Source: a virus
IMG/VR virus record: IMGVR_UViG_3300046786_000502
Location: 32,001 to 96,000 of that record
Reading direction: 5' to 3' (one strand)
Length of the DNA: 64,000 bases
This document shows, one piece after another, positions 11,301 to 20,686 of this stretch. The translations under genes were made by a program, and so were the position numbers. Within the stretch, counting starts at the first letter, position 1. The number at the start of each line of letters is the position of its first letter. The notes beneath the pieces are model-generated. The model was given only the letters and a program-made list of their open reading frames with translations. It was not told the origin of the DNA and searched no databases.

Positions 11301-11651
11301 ACATATCTTATTTTGGCTAGCGATAATCGCATTACTGAGGCCATCCAGATTGATGAGATTGGTAAAGCTGATACGCAACCAGCACTTATAAAATATCTTA
11401 ACTATAAGCAATTGCCTTATAAAGATGAAGAACTATTTGTTGTATCGTTCAAGTCACGCATCACAAAGGCTGGCAAGAAGATGGCAACACTTACATTAGC
11501 AGATGCTGCAAGAGAGCTTCACCCAGTGACAGTATTCCCTACAGCATATGCTAAAGCATATATGAAGATTCAAGAAGGGTCTGCATATAAATTTGATTTG
11601 GGTAAGACCAAGGATGGAACAGTAATTATGGAGGATGTACATGCAATTTGA
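8370..11651 (+). CDS. dnaE: DNA polymerase III alpha subunit
   Basis: PHP motifs HVHTHYS/TDHG, GRGSAAGS, PDIDTD, GIHAAGVV, FNKSHA; C-terminal OB folds. Confidence 0.97.
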   Translation: MSYAGLHVHTHYSLFDGIATPQEYVDRAVELGMPAIAITDHGSLSGHREMYRAAKEAGIKPILGIEGYITKDRFDHTDKKEKNDPLDLNYNHLIIIAKNSKGLQNLNKLNEIAWTEGFYKKPRIDWNILEEYKDGLIITSGCLSGVLAKAIEANEFAYAKEHIQKCKKIFGDDYYIEVMPHNPPEINKALLDLADEFGVKPVVTPDCHHSDPSQKEIQELKLILNSYSNKVEKGATYDGSKKYDNLMDRLDYLYGADRQMSFNKFEIHLLSDEEMHNAMKAQGIDREDMYEATREIVNKVEDYKIKDHQDLLPVQYQNPNQELRELAIAGLKERGIETEEYLARLEEELEVIEAKNFGPYFLVVRSMIAWAKKEGIMVGPGRGSAAGSLLCYALGITDIDPIEHGLLFFRFINPERNDFPDIDTDIQDSRREEVKDYLVRQYKHVASIATFLQFRGKGMVRDIARTLNVPLPDVNKVLKVVDDWDDYCSSKQSAWFREKYPEIETYGDLLRGRIRGTGIHAAGVVTSKQPIFKFAPLETRTSPGNKERIPVVAVDMEEAERIGLIKIDALGLKTLSVLRDTLDIIEERHDKKIDLLSVDMDDANVYRMLSDGYTKGVFQCEATPYTNLLVKMGVKNLAELAASNALVRPGAANTIGKDYIARKQGRQNIDYKHQVMKSFTAETYGCILYQEQVMQACTELGGMTMAEADKVRKIIGKKKDAKEFDQFKDKFVKGASRFLSPNVAEDLWTDFEAHAGYSFNKSHAVAYSTLSYWTAWLKYHYPLEFMYSILKNEKDKDARTEYLIETKRMGISIKLPHVNDSDADFKIEGKGIRFGLTGIKYISDNIASKYMAARPFNSYKELEEFTFGKGNGVNSRALQAMRVVGAATFQDQPRNDDEIRENLYEYLNLPEFNISVPQHYHAFINEVEEFEEKGSFILMGMVKSIKRGKGWSRVELLDKTGSVGIFDDEQSTIETGKTYLILASDNRITEAIQIDEIGKADTQPALIKYLNYKQLPYKDEELFVVSFKSRITKAGKKMATLTLADAARELHPVTVFPTAYAKAYMKIQEGSAYKFDLGKTKDGTVIMEDVHAI

Positions 11652-11961
11652 TGATTGGGCAGAAGAGCTACACAAGACTGCCGTAGCAAAAGGTTTTTGG
11701 CCTGAAGATGTAGATGATATCTTTATTACCAAACAGTTGATGATGATTGTGTCAGAGGCTGTAGAGGTAATGGAAGCTATCCGTAAGGACAAGGGAGAAG
11801 ACCAGATCGCTGATGAGATGGCAGATATCCTCATCCGTACTTTTGACCTGTATGCAGGACTTGTAGAAAACGGGTATACTAAGACTTCCCTAGATTATGC
11901 TATGGAAAAGAAAACTAACTTTAACAAAACCAGACCAGAAAGACACGGTGTAAAATTCTAA
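11641..11961 (+). CDS. MazG-like nucleotide pyrophosphohydrolase
   Basis: SEAVEVMEA...DEMADILIR motif. Confidence 0.8.
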   Translation: MQFDDWAEELHKTAVAKGFWPEDVDDIFITKQLMMIVSEAVEVMEAIRKDKGEDQIADEMADILIRTFDLYAGLVENGYTKTSLDYAMEKKTNFNKTRPERHGVKF

Positions 11962-12188
11962 TGATTAAAGTATATACAAATGTAAATTGTGTTCAGTGTG
12001 ACCAAACAAAGAAGTTTTTGGATAACGCAGGAATTGATTATGAGGTAAGGCCATTTGCTGACTACCCAGAAGAGCTTGCAAAGTTTGTTGAGCAAGGATT
12101 CAAGGCAGCACCAATTGTCGAAACTGATAATGATGTATGGTCTGGATTTAAGATTGATAAGCTAAAAGCTTTAGAGGTATCTGAATAA
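11961..12188 (+). CDS. nrdH: NrdH-like glutaredoxin
   Basis: CVQC active site, APIV, WSGF. Confidence 0.9.
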   Translation: MIKVYTNVNCVQCDQTKKFLDNAGIDYEVRPFADYPEELAKFVEQGFKAAPIVETDNDVWSGFKIDKLKALEVSE

Positions 12189-13201
12189 TGGCAGTAACTG
12201 TAGAAGATGTTTTGGCACAACTAAATCCAAAACTACGTAAAAATATTATGGTTGGCGACTCAGTTCCTGAAACTGAATTTCAACCAACACCAAGCTTTGG
12301 CTTGAATAGAGCACTTAATGGTGGATTGCCGTATGGTCGCCAGGTACTAATTTGGGGATCAAAGTCATCAGCCAAGTCATCAGTATGCCTACAAACAATT
12401 GCTCTTGCACAAAAAGAGGGAAAGATCTGTGCATGGATCGATGCTGAGATGTCATACGATAAGTCGTGGGCAGAGCGTCTAGGGGTAGATACATCTAAGC
12501 TAATTGTCTCTCAGGCACGTACAATTAATGACATGGTAGATGTTGGCGTACAGCTAATGGAAGCAGGAGTAGACATCATCGTTGTTGACTCTATCACATC
12601 CTTGCTTCCTGCAATCTATTTTGAAAAAGACTCTGATGAGCTTAAGCAGCTAGAAAATACTAAGCAGATTGGTGCAGAGGCACGTGACTTTAGCAATGCA
12701 GTTAAGATGCTTAACTATGCCAATAACAAGGTAAAGCCAACGCTGCTTATCTTTATTAGTCAGTCTAGAAATAACATTAGTGCAATGTATACCAGCCAGC
12801 AACCAACAGGTGGAACGTCTGTCAAGTTCTATTCATCCACAATTATTAGATTGTTCTCATCTGAATCAGATAATCAAGCAATTAAGGGGAAGATTAGTGT
12901 CGGAGATAAACTCATTGAAGAAAAGATTGGTAGAAAAGTTCGTTGGGACCTACAGTTCTCTAAGACTTCTCCTGCTTTCCAAGGTGGCGAGTATGACTTC
13001 TATTTTAGAGGCGATGACCTTGGCGTTGACAGTGTTGGTGATCTTGTTGACACAGCAGAATCAGTAGGCCTTGTATCACGTACAGGAGCCTGGTATCAGC
13101 TAGAAGACGGTACAAAGATCCAGGGTAGAGAGGCTTTTGTGGCTAGAGTAAAGGAAGATCTAGACCTACAAGATTCACTTAAGGCAAAACTTAATGGCTA
13201 A
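12188..13201 (+). CDS. recA: RecA/UvsX recombinase
   Basis: GGLPYGR, Walker A variant GSKSSAKS, IDAE, IVVDS, TGG..KFYSS, GAWY. Confidence 0.93.
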   Translation: MAVTVEDVLAQLNPKLRKNIMVGDSVPETEFQPTPSFGLNRALNGGLPYGRQVLIWGSKSSAKSSVCLQTIALAQKEGKICAWIDAEMSYDKSWAERLGVDTSKLIVSQARTINDMVDVGVQLMEAGVDIIVVDSITSLLPAIYFEKDSDELKQLENTKQIGAEARDFSNAVKMLNYANNKVKPTLLIFISQSRNNISAMYTSQQPTGGTSVKFYSSTIIRLFSSESDNQAIKGKISVGDKLIEEKIGRKVRWDLQFSKTSPAFQGGEYDFYFRGDDLGVDSVGDLVDTAESVGLVSRTGAWYQLEDGTKIQGREAFVARVKEDLDLQDSLKAKLNG

Positions 13202-13364
13202 ATATTCTGTTTATGCTGGAGAGTTCTTATGCCATACCTGCAAAGAAAACGTTAAGAGTATGAGGCTATACCCAGAAACCTACGAAGTTAGCTGGATGTG
13301 TTCTCAGAAGCACCTTACTCGTGTTATAATATACAAGAAGAAAACGAAAAAAGACTATGAGTGA
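13194..13364 (+). CDS. Small zinc-binding hypothetical protein (56 aa, not in ORF track)
   Basis: MAKYSVYAGEFLCHTC...WMCSQKH; fills the gap and overlaps both neighbours. Confidence 0.65.
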   Translation: MAKYSVYAGEFLCHTCKENVKSMRLYPETYEVSWMCSQKHLTRVIIYKKKTKKDYE

Positions 13365-13647
13365 ACGAGGCGAGAGCAAGCGTATTGGTGCCAAGCAGCA
13401 TAAGAATTCTGGTAGAAACACCCACAAGGGTGATGCTACATGGAAAAACTTTACTGTTGATTTTAAAGAGGTTGGAAAATCTTTTACAATCAATAAAGAT
13501 GTTTGGGCCAAGGCAAGTACTGATGCCATCAAAAATGGCAACGATCCTGCCATCTTTATTGTCTTGGGTAGCGAAGGAACAAAGACACGCCTAGCAGTTA
13601 TTGAGTTATCTTTACTAGAACAAATAATGGAGGATAGCAATGAATGA
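13357..13647 (+). CDS. Holliday junction resolvase-like PD-(D/E)xK nuclease
   Basis: SGR...KGD...VDFKE motif. Confidence 0.7.
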   Translation: MSERGESKRIGAKQHKNSGRNTHKGDATWKNFTVDFKEVGKSFTINKDVWAKASTDAIKNGNDPAIFIVLGSEGTKTRLAVIELSLLEQIMEDSNE

Positions 13648-14200
13648 TGTAGTTATTCGTAACCTGTTCAGTCCTGAAGAGATTGCACAGCTAAAGGATT
13701 TCTTTGCCAATGAAAAAGCAATCAGAAAGATGATATCTGCTGAGGACGCTGACGTAAATCAATACCATACATTTGAATATACTATTAATAATCAAACTCT
13801 TGGCAAAATAATTATCGATATTACTGGTTCAGATATACCAGATAATATAGTTAAGACAATTCAGTCTAAGGTGCCAGAGCACTGGGGTATTGGTAAGCCA
13901 CTATCATTGGCATATACAGAATATTCTAAAGCATATGGTAAGCCAGTGCTACCTGTACATAAAGACAGAGCAGATAACCTTCTAGTTGATTATCAGCTAG
14001 AAACAAATACTGAGTGGCCATTAATTTTGGATGAGGATCATAGAGAGGTCATCCTTCAGGACAATGACGCTCTTGTATGCGAGCCATACAATCAACTGCA
14101 TGGTAGACCAGAAAAAACTTTTAACGATGGAGAAAAGGTGGCTATGCTATTCTTCTATTTCGTGTATAATGGTAATAAAGAGGAGTACAAATACTTATGA
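13640..14200 (+). CDS. 2OG-Fe(II) oxygenase-like protein
   Basis: LPVHKD...DYQL...WPL...HGR (HxD...H triad). Confidence 0.7.
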   Translation: MNDVVIRNLFSPEEIAQLKDFFANEKAIRKMISAEDADVNQYHTFEYTINNQTLGKIIIDITGSDIPDNIVKTIQSKVPEHWGIGKPLSLAYTEYSKAYGKPVLPVHKDRADNLLVDYQLETNTEWPLILDEDHREVILQDNDALVCEPYNQLHGRPEKTFNDGEKVAMLFFYFVYNGNKEEYKYL

Positions 14201-15006
14201 TTAATAACCAAAGACCATACAATCCAGCACCCATGCATAAGTGGCTAACGGATTTTGACAAATATAATAAAACACTGCCAATCTATATTGAGAAGCCATT
14301 CTCAGATGATCAGGTAGCAGAACTGCGTAATGTAATCGAAAAGAACAGACAGCTAATGTATGATAACTCATACTATGCAATGCCAGGTTCTCAGGAGCAA
14401 TATTACGGTCAGTCACGCTTTCATCCAAAAAAGATTGTTCACATGTCAAGGCTGCTGATTGAATTCTTGTGTCCACCATCAATTGAGCAGACAATGGATT
14501 CATATGCAAAGCCTTTGCACCAGGATCCAGTTAGGCTGACACACTTCAACTACATCGACTATAACATGAAGTATGGTGATGGAAAGAATGCACCATCACT
14601 TCCACCACACTTGGATGCAGACGAGAATCTGGTAACATTTAACTACTGCCTTGATCAGAACATCGAAGACTGGACTTTGTGGGTAGACGATAAAGAGTAT
14701 AACCTTAAGAAGGGTGATGCCATTATCTTTAGTGCTGTGAATCAGGTTCACTGGAGACCAAAGCGTAAGTGGAAAGAGGGAGAGTTCTGCGAGATTGTAA
14801 GTTTTGATTACTGTCCAGTAACAAATTACAGATGGACTGGCATGGACAATCCTCTTGATGGACAGCTAAACTTCGAGGGCAGAGAAGCCTACGGAAGAGA
14901 AGTAGCTGCACATCCAAAGATGGTTGCAGCATGGGAGATCTATAACGCTATGGGACTTGAGGCTGGAATTCCACAAAACGAGATTGCAGGCTTTGTGAAT
15001 GAGTAA
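14197..15006 (+). CDS. 2OG-Fe(II) oxygenase-like protein
   Basis: LPPHLD...GDAIIF...HWR. Confidence 0.7.
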   Translation: MINNQRPYNPAPMHKWLTDFDKYNKTLPIYIEKPFSDDQVAELRNVIEKNRQLMYDNSYYAMPGSQEQYYGQSRFHPKKIVHMSRLLIEFLCPPSIEQTMDSYAKPLHQDPVRLTHFNYIDYNMKYGDGKNAPSLPPHLDADENLVTFNYCLDQNIEDWTLWVDDKEYNLKKGDAIIFSAVNQVHWRPKRKWKEGEFCEIVSFDYCPVTNYRWTGMDNPLDGQLNFEGREAYGREVAAHPKMVAAWEIYNAMGLEAGIPQNEIAGFVNE

Positions 15007-15301
15007 TGAAACAACACTAGATATGATCAATGGTCTAGCGGACATTGCTGATTACATGCAAGATGAAGAGCTAACTACAGCACTTACATTTATTGCGAAG
15101 TTAATAGTTAAACCAGACATTCCTTTGAATGTCGCAACAATTGAGATCGTACGCCTACAGGCAATTGCTGCTAAAATGTCTTTTAAGGCAACCTGGATGG
15201 CTAACGTAGATAAGGGAGATAGAGCGAAGAAAAACTTGTACTTTACTGCTGCAGAATCAATCAATAACTTGGTTGCTGCCCTAAAGTACATAACTCGCTA
15301 G
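14999..15301 (+). CDS. Conserved phage hypothetical protein
   Basis: 100 aa helical ORF overlapping the previous stop. Confidence 0.7.
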   Translation: MSNETTLDMINGLADIADYMQDEELTTALTFIAKLIVKPDIPLNVATIEIVRLQAIAAKMSFKATWMANVDKGDRAKKNLYFTAAESINNLVAALKYITR

Positions 15302-15308
15302 TGGTATT

Positions 15309-16142
15309 ATGGCTAAAAATTTATTGAGTCAGGTAATGGAAAGAAAGTTAACTGACAAAGACAATACTTTTATTAATCACGAGCAATTTATTCAGAAGCT
15401 AAATTCTGGATATCTTGTTGGTAGAGAAACTAAGTATCAAAAGAAGAAGACCTTTGCACCAAGCACTATTGCGTATTCTCATGGAGAATGTCCACGCTAT
15501 TGGTACTTGGCATTTGACGGAGGTAACTTTGAAGACTTTGCTGACCCATATGGTGTAGCAAACATGACAGCTGGAACTCTGTCTCACGATAGAATTCAGA
15601 GTGCTATGATGAAATCTGGTATTGCCAAGAAGTTTGTAGACGATAATGGCAATGAGACAACTGAGTTCAAGATCACGAGCCAGGACCCACCTATCTTTGG
15701 ATACGGTGATGCCATGGTTCTTTGGAATGATGAAGAGCTTGTTGGTGAAATTAAGACAATGCCAAATGAGGGATTTGAGTATAGAAAAACTGCAGGAAAG
15801 CCTAAGACTGGCCACCTTGTGCAGATTCTTATCTATATGAAGATTCTTGGCAAGTCTAGGGGAGTTCTTATATATGAGAATAAGAACAACCATGACCTGA
15901 TTCTATTTCCTATCGAAGTAAAACCAGGCAGCTATTATGTATCGTGGGTAAACAACGCATTTGATTGGATGCGAACAGTTCGTAAGGCATGGGCAGACAG
16001 AACAATGCCTGAAAAGAACTATCGATCTAATTCAAAAATCTGTAAGACATGTCCTCTAAAGGCTACATGTGCAGAGGTTGGCAAGGGAGATATTAAAATT
16101 AAGTCCTTGGAGCCAATCGATGAAACATTGCCAATGGTGTGA
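15309..16142 (+). CDS. Cas4-like PD-(D/E)xK exonuclease
   Basis: ECPR, GD...EIKT, Q..IY and C-terminal CKTCP...C Fe-S ligands. Confidence 0.85.
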   Translation: MAKNLLSQVMERKLTDKDNTFINHEQFIQKLNSGYLVGRETKYQKKKTFAPSTIAYSHGECPRYWYLAFDGGNFEDFADPYGVANMTAGTLSHDRIQSAMMKSGIAKKFVDDNGNETTEFKITSQDPPIFGYGDAMVLWNDEELVGEIKTMPNEGFEYRKTAGKPKTGHLVQILIYMKILGKSRGVLIYENKNNHDLILFPIEVKPGSYYVSWVNNAFDWMRTVRKAWADRTMPEKNYRSNSKICKTCPLKATCAEVGKGDIKIKSLEPIDETLPMV

Positions 16143-16443
16143 CACACAGTTTAAGCCAAAAACTTCTTATCAAATATATTGTTCTGTAGCCTGTAGAGAC
16201 GCAGCAACTAAAGAAAAGATTGCAGCCAGATACGAGCAGACACGCAGAGAAAGACGTAAGAATCGAGATCGCAAGTGTAAGATTTGCGATACGATATTGT
16301 CAATATATAATGATGAGAAAGTTTGTGAATCTTGTATTGTAGATCCAAAAGAAGTTAATAAAGTTTTAAGACAAATAAAGGGAATAGTTAATGGGAAATC
16401 TAGCATCATTAATTGGGAAACCGAAGAGAATCCTGGCAATTGA
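16120..16443 (+). CDS. Zinc-finger hypothetical protein
   Basis: CQWC, YCSVAC, CKIC, CESC. ATG at 16120. Confidence 0.7.
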   Translation: MKHCQWCDTQFKPKTSYQIYCSVACRDAATKEKIAARYEQTRRERRKNRDRKCKICDTILSIYNDEKVCESCIVDPKEVNKVLRQIKGIVNGKSSIINWETEENPGN

Positions 16444-16969
16444 TGCTAGCACATCCAGCCTAGCATTCTCTTTATTTGACTCAAAAGAATTAGTTTCTTT
16501 TGGAAAAATAAAATATACAGGAATAACAACTTACGATAAAGTTATTGATGCCTGCAAAAAGACTAAGGGATTTCTAGATGCCTATCAGTCTATAGATGCA
16601 ATTGTCATTGAGCACACTGTGTTTATGAATAGTCCAAAGACTGCTGCAGACCTAGCACTTGTACAGGGTGCACTGCTAGGTGCTGCAGGTCTTTCTGGGG
16701 TATCTATAATAAAGTCGGTAGCACCAATTACATGGCAGAACTATATTGGCAATAAGAAGTTGACTAAGGAAGAAAAGCTTGAAGTGCGTAAAGAATACCC
16801 TGGCAAGTCTGAGTCATGGTATAAGACACATGAGAGAAATCTCAGAAAAGAAAAGACTATTAATTATATTAATATTCAATATGATAGGGTGGTCAGCGAT
16901 CCTGACGTTGCTGACGCTATTGGCATTGGGCATTATGCTATAAATAACTGGGACAGGTTGACAAACTAA
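16391..16969 (+). CDS. RuvC-like Holliday junction resolvase
   Basis: ILAIDAS, IVIEH, D.ADAIGI catalytic motifs. Confidence 0.85.
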   Translation: MGNLASLIGKPKRILAIDASTSSLAFSLFDSKELVSFGKIKYTGITTYDKVIDACKKTKGFLDAYQSIDAIVIEHTVFMNSPKTAADLALVQGALLGAAGLSGVSIIKSVAPITWQNYIGNKKLTKEEKLEVRKEYPGKSESWYKTHERNLRKEKTINYINIQYDRVVSDPDVADAIGIGHYAINNWDRLTN

Positions 16970-17121
16970 TGGCAAAGCTGTATACTAATGAGACGTGGTT
17001 GAGAAAGAGATTTCTCGTAGACAGAAAATCACCAGAGGACATTGCTAAAGAGTGTGGTGTTAGCATGGAAACTATTTATGTTTATTTAGCTAAATTTGGA
17101 CTAAGAAAGAGTAAGCGATGA
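16969..17121 (+). CDS. Small HTH protein (50 aa, not in ORF track)
   Basis: SPEDIAKECGVSMETIYVYL; coupled on both sides. Confidence 0.75.
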   Translation: MAKLYTNETWLRKRFLVDRKSPEDIAKECGVSMETIYVYLAKFGLRKSKR

Positions 17122-17354
17122 GTAATAAGTTAAAGATCACAGTGGATCAAGTAAATCACCCAACGCACTATACCAGCCACCCCAGCGGTATTGAGGCACT
17201 ACAAATAACAAGACACATGAATTTCAACCTAGGGAATGCTATGAAGTATATTTGGCGAGCTGGGATTAAGAGTGAAGAGAAGCATATCGAAGATCTTGAG
17301 AAAGCAATCTTCTATATTCAGGACGAGATTAAGCGTATTAAGGGTGAGTTTTAG
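17118..17354 (+). CDS. DUF3310 / SaV-like (T7 gp1.7-like) protein
   Basis: VNHPTHY, FNLGNAMKYIWRAG.K, EDLEKA.FY. Confidence 0.88.
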   Translation: MSNKLKITVDQVNHPTHYTSHPSGIEALQITRHMNFNLGNAMKYIWRAGIKSEEKHIEDLEKAIFYIQDEIKRIKGEF

Positions 17355-17663
17355 TTGGCACGTAAGAAGGCTTTTGCAGAACCACTAGAGACTAAATTTT
17401 CTAGAGAGTTCTCAATGGAGGTTAATGGGTTTGAGATTAACCGTGGTGATATAATTAAGATTAGTGGAGAATATGGCCTCAAGTTTAAATTTGATGCTAT
17501 TGTTACCAACAAGGAGACTGGCTCAAAATGGGTAGACTGCTTCGAAATCCATCGAGGTATGTCTCATTCATATAGGTCATTTGATATGGGCAGGGTAAAA
17601 AGAATTCCACAGAAGGGCAAACGAGGTGTACGAAAGAATACAGCACAAGTCGTATCCAACTAA
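17355..17663 (+). CDS. Hypothetical protein
   Basis: 102 aa ORF with TTG start directly after the previous stop. Confidence 0.6.
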   Translation: MARKKAFAEPLETKFSREFSMEVNGFEINRGDIIKISGEYGLKFKFDAIVTNKETGSKWVDCFEIHRGMSHSYRSFDMGRVKRIPQKGKRGVRKNTAQVVSN

Positions 17664-18372
17664 TGTTTGGATTATCGATAACTTCTTTGATGATGCCACC
17701 ATTACGGCAATCAATGAAGACTTCTACGACTTCGATGATGAAAGATGGCTGACTCGTAACCACACTGAGTTTGAACAAAAAAGATTGTCCACACACTGGG
17801 ACTGGTATCCAGGAAGCATTTATCGTGCTATGTTTCACCTTTCGTCTCAAGACTTCGTAGATCAACTTGAGGGTATGACTGGAATCAATGGGCTAGTTGC
17901 AGACTATGGCTTGCATGCAGGTGGTATGCATTTACACGCACACAATGGAAGGCTAAACCTACACAAGGATGCTGACCTACACCCAAAGCTAGGGCTAAGG
18001 CGTAAGCTAAACATTATTGTTTATACTAATCCAGATTGGAAGCCAGAGTATGGTGGCCAGTTAGAGTTTTGGGATGATGAGAATGGTCAACCAAAAGAAA
18101 AGATTTTTGATGTAGATCCAGTATTTAATCGTGCTGTAGTATTTGAGACAGATCAAAATTTTTGGCATGGCCTACCTGCAGATGATGCATGTCATGCTCC
18201 AGATGGAGTAAACAGAGAAAGCCTAGCGTTGTTTTATTATGTCCCAGTTGAGAATGTTTCTGGACTAACCACAAGAGCATTATTTGCACCAACAGAAGAG
18301 CAGTTGCAATCACCAGAAGCTATTGCTAAAATTAAAGAGCGAATGGAGAGTGCTTTTAAATATGGAAGATAA
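17626..18372 (+). CDS. 2OG-Fe(II) oxygenase (prolyl-hydroxylase-like)
   Basis: LNLHKD, RKLNIIVY, YGGQLEFW, FNRAVVF, WHG, RESLA. Confidence 0.88.
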   Translation: MYERIQHKSYPTNVWIIDNFFDDATITAINEDFYDFDDERWLTRNHTEFEQKRLSTHWDWYPGSIYRAMFHLSSQDFVDQLEGMTGINGLVADYGLHAGGMHLHAHNGRLNLHKDADLHPKLGLRRKLNIIVYTNPDWKPEYGGQLEFWDDENGQPKEKIFDVDPVFNRAVVFETDQNFWHGLPADDACHAPDGVNRESLALFYYVPVENVSGLTTRALFAPTEEQLQSPEAIAKIKERMESAFKYGR

Positions 18373-18898
18373 ACTAATTGAGCATTTGGATAGTGTAAAC
18401 AAGGTAGTAGAAAAATACCTTGCTGGTAGCGATCCAACACAGATTTCTAAAGAACTTGCTATGCCAAGGCAGACAGTTGTGGCATACATTAGTGAGTGGC
18501 GACAGATGGCTGCTGATAATGCTGCTATCCGTGCACGTGCCAAGGAAGCACTTGTTGGTGCTGATACACACTACAGCAAGCTTATCTCAAAAGCCTATGA
18601 AGTTATTGATGAGGCAACTACAACTGCTAACCTTAATGCAAAAACCCAGGGTATCAAGTTGGTCATGGACCTTGAGAAGACACGTATTGATATGCTACAA
18701 AAAGCAGGACTATTAGAAAATAAAGAGCTTGCAGAAGAGATGATTGCCATCGAGGAGAGACAAGAAGCACTTATCCAAATCCTAAAAGACATTGCATCTG
18801 AATATCCAGAAGTCCGTGATGAGATTATGCGTAGACTTTCTAGGATTAGCAAGAATTCATCAGAAACAATTACGATAGTGAATAACGATGTTCGATGA
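18362..18898 (+). CDS. HTH protein, probable terminase small subunit
   Basis: N-terminal HTH followed by coiled coil; overlaps the terminase large subunit start. Confidence 0.6.
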   Translation: MEDKLIEHLDSVNKVVEKYLAGSDPTQISKELAMPRQTVVAYISEWRQMAADNAAIRARAKEALVGADTHYSKLISKAYEVIDEATTTANLNAKTQGIKLVMDLEKTRIDMLQKAGLLENKELAEEMIAIEERQEALIQILKDIASEYPEVRDEIMRRLSRISKNSSETITIVNNDVR

Positions 18899-20666
18899 AT
18901 TTTTAGATGCACTCAAGTCTGATAATTTTAGGGAAACTCCCGTAGATGCACGTACATTTGTTGAGGGGGAAGATTACCTAAACCAGCCTAGACTGTCAGA
19001 TGTTCAGTATGACATTGTCGAGGCAATGAGTCAAATCTATAAACTAGAGGACCTCATTGATCTAATGGGAGAAACAGATGGAACAAGATACTATAAGAAA
19101 TACACCAAGAACGAAGTCATCCTTCAGCTTGGTAAGGGGTCTGGTAAAGACTTCACTTCGACAGTTGCATGTGCTTACATTGTATATAAACTTCTATGCC
19201 TTAAAGAGCCTGCTCGTTATTTTGGTAAACCTCCTGGGGATGCCATTGATATCATTAACGTTGCGATCAACGCTCAGCAGGCGAAGAACGTATTCTTTAA
19301 AGGCTTTAAGACAAAGATTGAAAAATCTCCCTGGTTTATTGGCAAGTTCAACGCAAAAGCAGAATCTATTGAGTTTGATGAATCAATTACAGTATATTCA
19401 GGACATTCAGAAAGAGAGTCTCACGAAGGGCTCAACCTTATCCTTGCGGTGCTTGACGAGATTTCTGGTTTCGCTACTGAGATTGGAACTGGAAATGATC
19501 AAGGTAAAACAGCGGATAACATCTATAAAGCGTTCCGTGCATCAGTAGACTCTCGTTTCCCAGACTTAGGAAAGGTAGCACTGCTATCCTTCCCACGTTT
19601 TCCAGGAGACTTTATTTCTACACACTATGATGGGGTAATTGCTGAAAAAGAAGTCATACACAAGACTCATAAGTTTATTCTTAACCCAGATATCCCAGAA
19701 GATGCAGATGGTAATAGTCTAGAAATTGAGTGGGATGAAGATGAAATTGTTAGCTATAAGTATCCCAATGTATTTGCTCTAAAAAGACCAACTTGGGTAG
19801 TTAATCCAACTAGAAAGATTGATGACTTCAAGCTTGCATTCTTTACAGACATGGGAGATGCGATGCAACGTTTTGCATGTATTCCAACATATATGACTGA
19901 TACCTTCTTCAGACAACGTGACAAGGTACGATCTTCTATGAGCATTAGAAATCCTCTAGACCAGTTTAGAAGATTTGAGCCATCATTCACTCCAGATCCA
20001 GATAAGATTTATTACGTTCATGCTGACCTTGCACAGAGACACGACAAGTGTGCAGTCGCAATCGCACATGTTGACAAATGGGTTAATGTTCAGGTAATCA
20101 AAGATTATCAACAAGTCTCTCCAGTTGTTATTGTTGATGCCGTTGCCTGGTGGGAGCCAAAGACAGAAGGTCCTGTTGACCTATCAGAAGTAAAGCAATG
20201 GATTCAAAATCTAAGAAGACTTGGATTTAATATAGGTTTGGTATCGTTTGACCGCTGGCAGTCATTTGATATTCAGAAAGAACTTGCAGAAGTGGGTATG
20301 AGAACTGATACTGTTTCTGTGGGTAAAAAGCACTACGAAGATCTGGCTATGCTCGTATATGAGGATAGAATTGCAATGCCAGCAATCGAACTTTTGTTCG
20401 AAGAGCTAACAGAGCTAAAAATTACTAAAAATGGAAAGAATGTAGACCACCCACGTAAACTCTCAAAAGACTTGGCTGACGCTGTGTGTGGTTCTGTTTT
20501 TGGTGCTATAAGTCACACCCCAAGGGACCTTAACCTTGAGGTAGAGATCCATACATTCAGAGATAGGCCCAAGTCGGAACTTGACAAGGCAAAAGATAGT
20601 GTGATACAATATAAACCTATGCCAAAAGAAGTTAAAGACTACTTGGATAGATTAAAACTAATATAA
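18888..20666 (+). CDS. Terminase large subunit
   Basis: Walker A LGKGSGKD, Walker B AVLDE, nuclease HADLA/FDRWQS/KDLADA. Confidence 0.92.
   Translation: MFDEFLDALKSDNFRETPVDARTFVEGEDYLNQPRLSDVQYDIVEAMSQIYKLEDLIDLMGETDGTRYYKKYTKNEVILQLGKGSGKDFTSTVACAYIVYKLLCLKEPARYFGKPPGDAIDIINVAINAQQAKNVFFKGFKTKIEKSPWFIGKFNAKAESIEFDESITVYSGHSERESHEGLNLILAVLDEISGFATEIGTGNDQGKTADNIYKAFRASVDSRFPDLGKVALLSFPRFPGDFISTHYDGVIAEKEVIHKTHKFILNPDIPEDADGNSLEIEWDEDEIVSYKYPNVFALKRPTWVVNPTRKIDDFKLAFFTDMGDAMQRFACIPTYMTDTFFRQRDKVRSSMSIRNPLDQFRRFEPSFTPDPDKIYYVHADLAQRHDKCAVAIAHVDKWVNVQVIKDYQQVSPVVIVDAVAWWEPKTEGPVDLSEVKQWIQNLRRLGFNIGLVSFDRWQSFDIQKELAEVGMRTDTVSVGKKHYEDLAMLVYEDRIAMPAIELLFEELTELKITKNGKNVDHPRKLSKDLADAVCGSVFGAISHTPRDLNLEVEIHTFRDRPKSELDKAKDSVIQYKPMPKEVKDYLDRLKLI
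20581..20610 (+). promoter_or_regulatory. SigA-type promoter inside terminase 3' end
   Basis: TTGACA-N18-TACAAT with extended TG. Confidence 0.6.
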
Positions 20667-20686
20667 CAAGAAAAGGAAATATATAT

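Noticed and set aside
15309-16142. Cas4-like gene as a CRISPR-Cas system
   Set aside because: No repeat-spacer array or other cas genes seen. Solo Cas4-like exonucleases are standard phage recombination genes.
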